Below, piece by piece: positions 31,294 through 39,803 of a stretch of 64,000 nt of DNA. The DNA is taken from NCBI GenBank assembly GCA_964548075.1, contig CAZJQQ010000042.1, forward strand, positions 92 to 64,091, read 5' to 3'. The notes under the pieces were generated by a model. The model was not told the DNA's origin, made no database searches, and saw nothing but the letters and a program-made list of their open reading frames with translations. Source of the stretch: an uncultured Clostridia bacterium. GTDB lineage: Bacteria; Acidobacteriota; Blastocatellia; UBA7656. The first letter of the stretch is position 1. Each line of letters starts with the position of its first letter. The position numbers were made by a program, and so were the translations under genes.

Positions 31294-32046
31294 ATGAATG
31301 AACCGGCCCTTATCGACGAACTAAGAAAGATGCTTGACGAGAGCAAGCGCGCGGTCGTCTTCACTGGCGCGGGCGTCAGCACCGAATCCGGCATACCTGA
31401 CTTCCGAAGTCCGGGCGGCATCTGGACCAGGTACCAGCCAATCGACTTTCGCGAATTCATCTCATCGGAAGAAGCGCGCAGAGAAACGTGGCGGCGAAAG
31501 ATCGCCGTTGACGAGGCCGTTTCTCGCGCGGAGCCGAACCGCGGCCATCGGGCAATCGCGCAACTCGTCGACCAAGGAAGAGTCTCGAGTGTAATCACTC
31601 AAAACATCGACGGGCTCCATCAGCGGTCTGGCATTTCCGACGAACAGGTCATCGAGTTGCACGGCAACGGGACATATGCCGCTTGCCTCGAATGCGCGAA
31701 GCGTTACGAACTGGCCGATGTATTCGCCGCGTTCAAGGTGAAGGAAGAACCTCCGGTGTGTGAATGCGGAGGCTTTATCAAAAGCGCGACGATTTCGTTC
31801 GGACAACCGATGCCGTTTGAACCGATGCGACGCGCTCAAGCCGAGTCAAAGAGCTGTGATCTGTTTCTTGCCATCGGGTCATCTCTTGTAGTCTATCCCG
31901 CCGCGTCGTTCCCCGCCGTTGCGAAGCAAAACGGGTCGCGCATGGTGATATTGAATCGCGAGCCGACCGATCTCGATTATCTTGCCGACCTGGTGCTCAA
32001 CCTCGAAATCGGCCCGACGCTTGGCGCAGTGACTGGCGCTGAGTGA
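31294..32046 (+). CDS. cobB: NAD-dependent protein deacylase (Sir2 family)
   Basis: GAGVSTESGIPDFRSPGGIW, TQNIDGLH, Zn ribbon CLECAKRY...CECGG, and GSSLVVYPAA. Confidence 0.9.
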   Translation: MNEPALIDELRKMLDESKRAVVFTGAGVSTESGIPDFRSPGGIWTRYQPIDFREFISSEEARRETWRRKIAVDEAVSRAEPNRGHRAIAQLVDQGRVSSVITQNIDGLHQRSGISDEQVIELHGNGTYAACLECAKRYELADVFAAFKVKEEPPVCECGGFIKSATISFGQPMPFEPMRRAQAESKSCDLFLAIGSSLVVYPAASFPAVAKQNGSRMVILNREPTDLDYLADLVLNLEIGPTLGAVTGAE

Positions 32047-32052
32047 GCGCGC

Positions 32053-32241
32053 ATGCCTGATCTCGACGAGGCCCTGAAGATCTCTCGAGGAGGCCGGCCG
32101 GTGATCGTAGATGTGAATGTCGATTACAGCCGCAAGAGCGAGTTCACGAAAGGGATCGTAAGAGTAAACCTCGGCCGCTTCCCGTTCGACCAGAAGCTGC
32201 GCTTCATCGGGCGCGCGATCAAACGGCACCTGCTGGGTTAG
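32053..32241 (+). pseudogene. Probable 3' remnant of a thiamine-pyrophosphate enzyme (acetolactate-synthase-like) gene
   Basis: The 62-aa ORF RGGRPVIVDVNVDYSRKSEFTKGIVRVNLGRFPFDQKLRFIGRAIKRHL looks like only the extreme C-terminus of a TPP-binding protein. Recollection, not searched. Confidence 0.4.
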
Positions 32242-32265
32242 ACACGAGCATCAAGCGGCGTTCGC

Positions 32266-32288
32266 CGCAAACTTTGCGGCTTTTGCGT
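32266..32288 (+). terminator. Rho-independent terminator candidate
   Basis: gccgcaa-ac-ttgcggc, a 7-bp GC-rich stem, followed by ttttgcg. It lies 25 nt after the stop at 32241. Confidence 0.5.
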
Positions 32289-32382
32289 TCCTTTGCTTCT
32301 TTGCGCGAAACCTGGCGTTGATGCGGGCAATGCCACAGATCCTTGTGCGATTGCCCCCTGAGTTTATATAAATAGCAGCACG

Positions 32383-33528
32383 ATGAAACGCACAATGCGG
32401 CAACCGACAACCTTACTGCTTTGTCTGACTCTGCTGACGCTTTACGCTTCTGCCTTAGCCCAGCAGAAAAAGCGAGACGCTCAGTCAACTCAGGCTGAGG
32501 CGATTATTACAGCAGAAGAAGCCGCCCAGCTCGAAGCCGTCATCACAACCGATCTCGGCGTCATACGCTTCGAGTTCTTTCCCAACAAAGCTCTCAAGCA
32601 TTTGCAGCAATTCGTCAGGCTAGCGCGGGCCGGCTTCTACGACGGCTCCGCGTTTCACCGAGTGATTCCGCGCGGCATCATTCAAGGCGGCGACCCTCAG
32701 CTCAAAGATCCACAAGCACCTCGCGAGCGCTGGGGCGCGGGCGCCTTAAGCCAGATTGTCGATGAGTTCAGCGACATCAAGCACGTTCGCGGCACGGTTT
32801 CGACCGTGCGCATTCCGGGTCAGGCGAACAGCGGCGGCGCTCAGTTCTTCGTCTGCGCTTCGCCTCAACCGCAGCTCGACGGCCAGTTCTCGGCTTTCGG
32901 CCAGGTCACCGAAGGCATCGATATAGTCGATCAAATCTCGCTCGCGCCCGCCGACAGCAACCACGTGACGGTCACTCCAATCAAGATCGTCAGCATCAAG
33001 ATCGAACGCAAGAAGCTCGAACCGTATAAGGATGCGAGTATTGCCCAGATGCGCAAAGAGGTGCTCTTGCGCACCAGTCTCGGCGACATAACGCTCGAGA
33101 TGGACCCTGAATTGGCCCCCGAACACGTTCGCAACTTTTTGAAGCTCGTCGAAAGCGGTTGGTACGATCACACATCGTTCCATCGAATCATTTTGGGATT
33201 CGTGATTCAAGGCGGAGTCGGCACGACTCGCGCAGACCATAAGCCACATCCGGCGGACAAATGGGTTCACAAGCTGAAGGGCGAGTTCAGCCACACGGCT
33301 CTTCACATTCGCGGCGCCTTGTCGATGGCCCGCACTAGCGATCCCGATTCGGCGGAGACGTCGTTCTTCATCGTGCTGGGCGCGGCGACGCATCTGGATG
33401 GCAAGTACACGATCTTCGGAAAGGTAGTCGATGGCTTCGACACGATTGAGCTGATCGAAAAAGCGGCCCGCCACGGCGAGGCGCCGGATCAACGCATCGA
33501 GCTGATCGAAGCGGCGATCAGACAGTAA
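32383..33528 (+). CDS. Secreted peptidyl-prolyl cis-trans isomerase with two cyclophilin domains
   Basis: Signal peptide LLLCLTLLTLYASALA. Two cyclophilin-type modules (FHRVIPRGIIQGGDP...GGAQFFV and FHRIILGFVIQGG...SFFIVLG). Confidence 0.9.
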   Translation: MKRTMRQPTTLLLCLTLLTLYASALAQQKKRDAQSTQAEAIITAEEAAQLEAVITTDLGVIRFEFFPNKALKHLQQFVRLARAGFYDGSAFHRVIPRGIIQGGDPQLKDPQAPRERWGAGALSQIVDEFSDIKHVRGTVSTVRIPGQANSGGAQFFVCASPQPQLDGQFSAFGQVTEGIDIVDQISLAPADSNHVTVTPIKIVSIKIERKKLEPYKDASIAQMRKEVLLRTSLGDITLEMDPELAPEHVRNFLKLVESGWYDHTSFHRIILGFVIQGGVGTTRADHKPHPADKWVHKLKGEFSHTALHIRGALSMARTSDPDSAETSFFIVLGAATHLDGKYTIFGKVVDGFDTIELIEKAARHGEAPDQRIELIEAAIRQ

Positions 33529-33533
33529 CCGTG

Positions 33534-33719
33534 TTAGAGCCCGATCCTGCGGCGAATCTGGTCGCTCGTCCAAACCCGGCCGGCCTCCGAATCGGCAATC
33601 CCTTCTTCTATCATCTGCCTCTCAAAGACAACGCGCACGATGTCCTCCCACGTGATATTGTCCGGTAGTGACTCGATGAGCTGCTTCGCGTCTTCTTTCA
33701 CGTTAGTATTGTCCGACAT
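33534..33719 (-). CDS. Small antitoxin-like protein with no adjacent toxin gene
   Basis: 61 aa. AKQLIESLPDNITWEDIVRVVFERQMIEEGIADSEAGRVWTSDQIRRRIGL resembles a small antitoxin-partner family by recollection only. Confidence 0.45.
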   Translation of the reverse strand: MSDNTNVKEDAKQLIESLPDNITWEDIVRVVFERQMIEEGIADSEAGRVWTSDQIRRRIGL

Positions 33720-33931
33720 AGGTTGCCTCTCAGGCCTGTGAGCCTCCAGACCGTTTCTTCAAATACCTCTGCTCTCCTCGGAATCAGACATGCGGCTGCT
33801 CTGTTTTCAATGCCTCGAGCAGTGCATTGGCTGCCTCGAACGAGGTGTACGGAGACCAGATAGCGTAGGAGTCGCCGCTCAACAAGATCTCGATTGGGCG
33901 TGGCGTGACGTAGTAGCGTTGTGTGGCCAGA

Positions 33932-35118
33932 TCAGAGTTCTCCTTTAAAGGCCCGGTCGAGTATGGCAGGGAGCATGGCGTCGAGTTCAATCGCGCTCTC
34001 GGCTTGTAGTTTCTTCAGCACGTCCAGCGTCCGTTGCATTTCGTCGACGTGCACAACGATGCGACGTTGCTCCGACAACGGGGTCCCAACAGGGAAGGGT
34101 ATCCCCATCACTATACCCTGTGAAATCTTCTTCATCGTCGGGCTGGTCCCCTTTGCGTGGCGCCCGATGTAATTTCGGACAGTCTGGGTTTGAAGCCAGT
34201 GCCATACAAAACGTGCGTCCGCTAGTTGATGATTGATCTTCAGCTTCATCATCAAGTCCGGGTAAATGCACGGTGAAGGACCTCCGTCGTAGATGGCGAC
34301 ATGGCCTACAAGGTCTGGAGTGTTGCTCCGAGTTATCAGCAGATCGCCGGGCTGAAGCCAATAATGGGCGGCCTCATTTGTCACTTCGGAGGTTCGCTTG
34401 AACGCGTTGTGACGGTAGTGGTACCCAGTGACGGCAGAAAGGGTGAGCACCGGAGTCCCCGACTCCACGTTGTCACATTTTGCAGACCATCCGTTTCGCG
34501 GCTTCTCAGAAAGCACCGCTGACAAAGCCCGCGACTTGGGAAATGACTCAGCGTCGCAGACGCAGCGGAACGTACGAGTGCTTGCGCCTCGTCGGCTGCT
34601 TGCTGACGCAGGGAGCAGGCTTCTCTGATCTTGGCGGCGAGTTCCTCGATCCGCGCCACGTTACGCCGCTGCTCCGCTAACGGCGGCAGAGGCATAGCGT
34701 AACCGAGAACGTCCGCCGGGCGAATCGCGGCATAGTTGGTTGATCCTTGGGCTGCCACCTGTTGCCTGAACGTCCGCGTCTTGATGAACCAACCAAGGAA
34801 GCGGCGGTCGAGCCGGTCGTCCTTAGCGTCGAACAGGAAGTAGTGACCGCTGACGATCGCTCCTTCCAACTCAAGAGGGACAATTCCAAAGCCCCCAACT
34901 TTCGCGTCGATCTCGGCGACAAGGAACTCGCCAGCGCGACATAGCTGCTGCTTCTTCGTCTTGATCATCGCACCCGGAACTTCGTCACGCAAAACAATGC
35001 CTTGGGCGTGCAATTGAACGCGGGCTCGTTTGTACGTTTGGAGATCGTCTATGACGATGAACTCCTTACGATGTGTCAGAACCTCACCCAAGCTGACTGT
35101 TGGCCACGGTTGTTTCAT
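33932..35118 (-). pseudogene. hsdS: Type I restriction-modification specificity subunit, disrupted by a frameshift
   Basis: TRD1 plus the central conserved helix lie in ORF 34381..35118 (LPPLAEQRRNVARIEELAAKIREA). TRD2 plus the distal helix lie in ORF 33932..34525 (PLSEQRRIVVHVDEMQRTLDVLKKLQ). The two frames overlap, and the switch is near 34530-34570. Confidence 0.8.
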
Positions 35119-36515
35119 CGTCCGCCCTCCAGCCGCTTGCGAGTCTTATCGATCTCCGCCGCGAGCACCTTCTCGTCAGGCAGCGCGGTGAGGTATTCGC
35201 GAACCAGCATCTTGTTGGGCAAGCCCTCGGTTGCATAGCGCACCAACGCTTCGCCCTTGCCTGCGCAGAGGATGATGCCAACCGGAGGATTCTCGCCGGG
35301 CTGAACCCAATGCTCGCGGGCGTAGTTGAGATAGAGATGCATCTGCCCGGCGTCACCGTGCGTGAATCGCCCAAGCTTGAGATCAATCACCACCAGACAG
35401 CGAAGCCGGCGGTGGAAGAGGAGCAGGTCCACGCGATACCACTCGTCGTCGATCCGCAAGCGGCGCTGGCGGCCGACGAATGCGAAGTCGTTGCCGAGTT
35501 CAAGCAGGAATAATTCGAGATGTCGTATGAGCGCGTCTTCGAGATCGGTCTCCGAGTACTCATCACGCAGCCCGAGGAACTCGAGCACGAGAGGGTCTTT
35601 GATCTCCTCGTCGGCGCTCACGGCGTCGTTTGGCTTTGGCTGCGCGCCCTTGATGAGCATCGCGGCCTTGTTCCGCGACAGAGCGGTGCGTTCGTAGAAC
35701 TGGCTGTCTATCTGCCTCGCGAGTTGGCGCACAGACCAACCGCCACGCAACGCTTCGGTGTGGTAGAAGTCGAGGGCCTCCTGGGAACGAGAGCGCCTGA
35801 CGAGCAGAACGTAGTGCGACCACGGGAGAGGGAAGGCGCGGGCGAGGTCAGCGAGCGTCAATTCGCCAGACGGTGTCAGGCTAATTCCTCCCTCGGATTT
35901 CCCAGACCCCGACTGGTGAATCGATCTTAGGGATTTGTTCGACAGTGTCGAACGAATCTGTTGGATCTCGTAGTTCGATGATTTGAGCGACGGTGTCGCT
36001 CGATTCCTCTTGTTCGCATGGGCAGCCCCTCTAGATGGCGTCGAACGAATCACAAGCTCTGCCTCACCCTGAGATTTCCCAGACAGTGTCTGGGAAATGT
36101 CGTCGCGGGCCGGGTCTACCGATTTCCCAGACAGTGTCTGGGAAATCTCATCAGCCCTGGCGGCTGATTTGGCGGACAGCTTCTGCTGAACTCGTTCTGG
36201 TGGCAGGCCAAGATAGAAAAGCCGCATGTTCTCCAGATTCTGCTGGGAGAATCCTCGCCCAAGACGGGACATTAGATCTGAAGAGAGTCGGACAAGTAGC
36301 TCCTGCCCATACTCGGCCCTCGCCTGGCCCGCTTGCTCATGCTCGACAATACGCCGGCCGATCTCACAGTACGTCGCGGTCATCAATGTGTTGACACTAC
36401 GTGCGGCCGTTCGGCGTGCGGCTTCAAGCAAATCGACAACCCCGCTGAGCATGTCGCCGTACTCACCGGGCTCGACTCGTTTCATAGACTTCGGCTTTGC
36501 AACTTTCTTCTTCAT
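35115..36515 (-). CDS. PDDEXK nuclease, DUF1016/YhcG family
   Basis: YhcG-type N-terminal domain (ATYCEIGRRIVEHEQ...YGQELLVRLSSDL). Central repeat linker. C-terminal FAFVGRQRRLRIDDEWYRVDLLLFHRRLRCLVVIDLKLG nuclease core. The stop overlaps the hsdS start (ATGA). Confidence 0.85.
   Translation of the reverse strand: MKKKVAKPKSMKRVEPGEYGDMLSGVVDLLEAARRTAARSVNTLMTATYCEIGRRIVEHEQAGQARAEYGQELLVRLSSDLMSRLGRGFSQQNLENMRLFYLGLPPERVQQKLSAKSAARADEISQTLSGKSVDPARDDISQTLSGKSQGEAELVIRSTPSRGAAHANKRNRATPSLKSSNYEIQQIRSTLSNKSLRSIHQSGSGKSEGGISLTPSGELTLADLARAFPLPWSHYVLLVRRSRSQEALDFYHTEALRGGWSVRQLARQIDSQFYERTALSRNKAAMLIKGAQPKPNDAVSADEEIKDPLVLEFLGLRDEYSETDLEDALIRHLELFLLELGNDFAFVGRQRRLRIDDEWYRVDLLLFHRRLRCLVVIDLKLGRFTHGDAGQMHLYLNYAREHWVQPGENPPVGIILCAGKGEALVRYATEGLPNKMLVREYLTALPDEKVLAAEIDKTRKRLEGGR
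35895..36147. repeat. Array of ~27-nt palindromic units spaced 37-50 nt apart inside the DUF1016 gene linker
   Basis: Units: gatttcccagacagtgtctgggaaatc (36121-36147), atttcccagacagtgtctgggaaat (36074-36098), gatttgagcgacggtgtcgctcgattc (35980-36006), gatttgttcgacagtgtcgaacgaatc (35932-35958), and a degenerate unit at 35895-35921. Confidence 0.7.
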
Positions 36516-36526
36516 CTTCTTTTTCT

Positions 36527-37649
36527 TTACGGCTTCTCGGCCAGCACGGCTTTGATCTCAAGCATCAACTCGGCGATGCGCTGTTCCTTCTTGAGAATAT
36601 CATCGGCGAGTTGTTCCGGCGGAAGGTGCTCGAAGTCGACTTTTCCCCGTGGGTTCTTGCGGTCGAGGTTGCAGTTGTTGGCGAGCAACTCCTTGGCCGA
36701 CACCTTCCGAGCTGAATTGAGGGCTCGAAGTATTCGAGGATGACGCGCCACGAGCTGTCTTCCCGCGAGCTGCCGCGATGACACTCATCCACGATGACCA
36801 GATCAAAGAAGTCTGGGCCGAACGATTTGAAAAGACCAATACGGCGCTCGTCCTCCGCGAGCGCTTGATAGATGGCGAAGTACATCTCTCGGCTCTGTAT
36901 GACCTCGCCGGATTCGATCTTGCACCGCGCGTCGCCGAACGCTGCAAAGATCCCGTCCTTCGGTTGATCGATGAGGATGTTTCGATCCGCCAAGTATAGA
37001 ATTCGAGGCCGCCGGTGCTCGCCGGTGCGATTCCAACGCGCGTTCCACAGCTTCCAACAGATCTGGAACGCGACTGCCGTCTTGCCTGTCCCAGTCGCCA
37101 TTGTGATAAGCAATCGGCGCTTGCCCTGCAGAATGTCTTCGACTGCACGATTGATGGCGATTTGCTGGTAGTAACGCTCGCCCTTTCTACCACGTGGTTG
37201 AAAGGCGTGAGTAATCGCTCAGCCACCGCTGTGCTTTCAATACCGTTGCCGGTGCGGTAACGCAGCCACAGCTCGTCCGGGCTCGGATAGTCGGCGCGCT
37301 CCGATTCCAGGCCTGTGTAGAAGTCGAACTCGATGATGTCGCGTCCGTTTGTCGCATAAGCGAACTTCAAGCCGAGCATCTCTGCGTAATTCTTAGCCTG
37401 TTGCAAAGCATCTGCGGCGGCTTTGTATTCGACCTTGGCTTCAACGACTGCGAGCGTGAAGTCGCGGGTGTATCGCAGGAGATAGTCGACACGCTTCGGT
37501 GGCTTGCGTATGAAGCCTTTGCCGACTGGAACGATTCGTCCATCCGTGATCGAGTGCTGCTCCGCTATCGAATGGGGATCATCATCCCAACCTGCGGCTT
37601 GCAGCTTCGGAACGACAAACTTTCTACATGTGTCGGCTTCGGTCGGCAT
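36527..37649 (-). pseudogene. hsdR: Truncated, frameshifted hsdR (N-terminal ~310 codons) fused by deletion to the last ~60 codons of hsdM
   Basis: HsdR N-terminus MPTEADTCRKFVVPKLQAAGW. Frameshift near 37200 before RYYQQIAINRAVEDILQGKRRLLITMATGTGKT. Motif II VDECHRGSS...WRVILEYFEPSIQLG. An abrupt switch at about 36700-36725 into ARKVSAKELLANNCNLDRKNP...EQLADDILKKEQRIAELMLEI, which is HsdM C-terminus-like. Confidence 0.75.
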
Positions 37650-37938
37650 CGTTCGCCCTCAAGAGCCAGCATGATAACTGACGACAGCTTTTAACGCAGT
37701 GCAGCTCGAGGCAGACCCGTCTTGAACTGGAGATTCGAGCCCGATGTTACATTCATGCTGTCGAGTGAGCAAGTTAACCAAGACTCACCCCTGCTATACT
37801 TCACTTTGTTTGGTGCGCCTATTTGGAAGGCGTATACTTCACTCTCGCCCGTGAACAGCGAGAAACAAAACCTGGTTTCGAGGCGTATAAAAAACGCAAC
37901 TTCATTCAATAAGCATTCCGTCCACAAGGAGAACATTC

Positions 37939-38712
37939 ATGACCCGAAGAGCACTCACTCTTATCCTGTCTCTGACCTTTCTCTTGTGCGTGCAGGCGTC
38001 GGCTCAGACCGTCGACGAGTTGATCAAGAAAAACCTCGACGCGAAGGGCGGCCTTCAAAAACTCAGGGCCATCAAAAGCGCTAAGATCACCGCCAAGATC
38101 ATCCAGCAGGGCCTGGAGATCCCTCTCGTCATCCAGCAAAAGCGGCCCCGTATGGTTCGAGTGGACGTGACCTTCCAGGGCAAGTCTCAGACGATGGCCT
38201 ATAATGGTGAGAGCGGTTGGAAAGTAGACCCGTTTCAGGGTTCACCTGATCCCGAGAAGATCGCCGGCGATGACCTGAAAGAAGCCGAAGAACAGGCTGA
38301 CATGGACGGCCCGCTGGTCGACTACAAAGAGAAGGGCCACAAGGTCGAGCTTGTCGGCAAGGAAGACATGGAAGGCACTCCGGTCTACAATCTGAAGCTC
38401 ACGCTCAAGAACGGCGACGTTCGCAACATCTATATCGATGCCGAGAACTATCTCGAGCTGAAGGTCAGCTTGAAGCGAAAGACCCCCGGCGGGGAGATCG
38501 AGGTCGATCAGTACGTGGGAAACTACAAGCCGGTCAACGGACTCATGTTCCCCTTCTCGCTGGAGACCAAGGTCAAAGGCCAGACCGCAAACCAGATCAC
38601 GTTCGAGAAGGTCGAGCTGGACGTGCCAATTGATGATTCTTTGTTCAAGATGCCGGTAAAGCTCGCAGAGAAACCAAAGCCCGAAGAAAAGAAGCCGCCG
38701 GTCCAGGAGTAG
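37939..38712 (+). CDS. LolA-like / outer-membrane lipoprotein-sorting family protein (paralog 1)
   Basis: Signal peptide LILSLTFLLCVQASA, then QTVDELIKKNLDAKGGLQKLRAIKS... The family call is a recollection of similarly annotated proteins. Confidence 0.65.
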   Translation: MTRRALTLILSLTFLLCVQASAQTVDELIKKNLDAKGGLQKLRAIKSAKITAKIIQQGLEIPLVIQQKRPRMVRVDVTFQGKSQTMAYNGESGWKVDPFQGSPDPEKIAGDDLKEAEEQADMDGPLVDYKEKGHKVELVGKEDMEGTPVYNLKLTLKNGDVRNIYIDAENYLELKVSLKRKTPGGEIEVDQYVGNYKPVNGLMFPFSLETKVKGQTANQITFEKVELDVPIDDSLFKMPVKLAEKPKPEEKKPPVQE

Positions 38713-38723
38713 AAGGAGCATCG

Positions 38724-39476
38724 ATGATAAGAAAAGCAATCGCCCTGACATTCCTTGCCTGCGCCGCGCTCTCAATCCCAGCCTCGGCTCAAACCGTCGA
38801 CGAGTTGATCAAGAAGAACATCGACGCTCGCGGCGGGCTCGATAAACTGAAAGCCATCAAAACCATGCGCTTTACCGCGACAATACACGCCGAGGGGATG
38901 ACCCTCCCGCTCGTACTTCAAAACAAGCGGCCGAGTATGGTGCGAGGCGACGCCCTTTTCCAGGGGAGAGCGTTGGTGAAGGCTTACGATGGCGAGACAG
39001 CCTGGCAGATAAACCCCTTTGAGGGCGCGATGGAGCCGGAGAAGCTGACCGGCTACGACGCCAAGGAAATGATCGACCTCGGCGACATCGACGGCCCGCT
39101 GGTGGACTACAAAGCAAAAGGAAACACAGTTGAGCTTGCGGGCAAGGAAGAGTTGGAAGCATCGCCGGTGTACAAGCTTAAGGTCACGTTGAAGGACGGC
39201 GACGTAAGGTACCTCTACCTCGACGCGCAGAACTATCTCGTGTTGAAAGAGACCGAGAAGCAAAAAGAAGATGGAAAGATGACCGACGTGGAGTCCGTGT
39301 ACAGCGACTACAAAGCAGTCGCCGGGGTGATGATCGCCCACGCGTGGGAGACCAGAATCAACGGAGAGCTCGATGACCGGACCAGCATCGAGAAGATCGA
39401 GGTGAACGTAGCGGTAGACGATTCGATCTTCAAGATGCCGAAGAAGAGTCAGGAGAAGAAGCCGTCAGGCCGGTAG
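38724..39476 (+). CDS. LolA-like / outer-membrane lipoprotein-sorting family protein (paralog 2)
   Basis: Collinear with paralog 1 (QTVDELIKKNIDARGGLDKLKAIKT..., DGPLVDYKAKGNTVELAGKE...). It starts 11 nt downstream of paralog 1. Confidence 0.65.
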   Translation: MIRKAIALTFLACAALSIPASAQTVDELIKKNIDARGGLDKLKAIKTMRFTATIHAEGMTLPLVLQNKRPSMVRGDALFQGRALVKAYDGETAWQINPFEGAMEPEKLTGYDAKEMIDLGDIDGPLVDYKAKGNTVELAGKEELEASPVYKLKVTLKDGDVRYLYLDAQNYLVLKETEKQKEDGKMTDVESVYSDYKAVAGVMIAHAWETRINGELDDRTSIEKIEVNVAVDDSIFKMPKKSQEKKPSGR

Positions 39477-39503
39477 GCTGATCGTGCAGCGAACGCCGGC
39501 TGA

Positions 39504-39776
39504 ATACCACCCACGGCAGTGGATTGTTCAAGCCCAGCCTACACAGGGGCGGCACCGGGATTCCCGTTTTGCTCTCCCTCTATCCCTCTCTCCCCTCGCG
39601 GCCCGAGGGGAGAGAGATAACCAAAACCGAAGGGTCGGGCCGCCTCGGTTGTAGGCCGCACTGAACGATCCACCCACTTCCGTGGGTGGTATTTTGGAAA
39701 GAAAAAACGGGAGCCTCGGGTGCCGCCCTATGTAGGCTGGACTTGAACGATCCCCACACTGCCGTGTGGGGTATTA
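39504..39776. repeat. Composite intergenic repeat: three copies of a ~45-70-bp unit (one inverted) flanking a GA/CT-rich hairpin
   Basis: The reverse complement of unit A (39504-39570) aligns with unit C (39705-39776). Unit B is at 39632-39696. The central hairpin is ctctcccctcg/cgaggggagag, near 39588-39615. Confidence 0.8.
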
Positions 39777-39803
39777 CGAAAGCAAAAAGGAAGAATCTAA
39801 ACT

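Noticed and set aside
31294-32046. The Sir2 protein as a possible Thoeris/DSR-type defence effector.
   Set aside because: It has the short sirtuin architecture with a Zn ribbon (CxxC...CxxG-type) and standard NAD motifs. No partner defence genes are nearby, so it is most simply a CobB-type deacylase.
36035-36394. A plus-strand 119-aa ORF containing ISQTVSGK twice.
   Set aside because: It is antisense to the DUF1016 gene. The peptide similarity is a by-product of the DNA palindromes, which are reported as a finding.
37715-37745. A tRNA-like T-arm impression (ggagattcgagccc) next to the R-M remnant, which might have marked an integration site.
   Set aside because: The flanking bases do not form a 5-bp T-stem (tggag versus cccga), and no acceptor or anticodon arms could be drawn.
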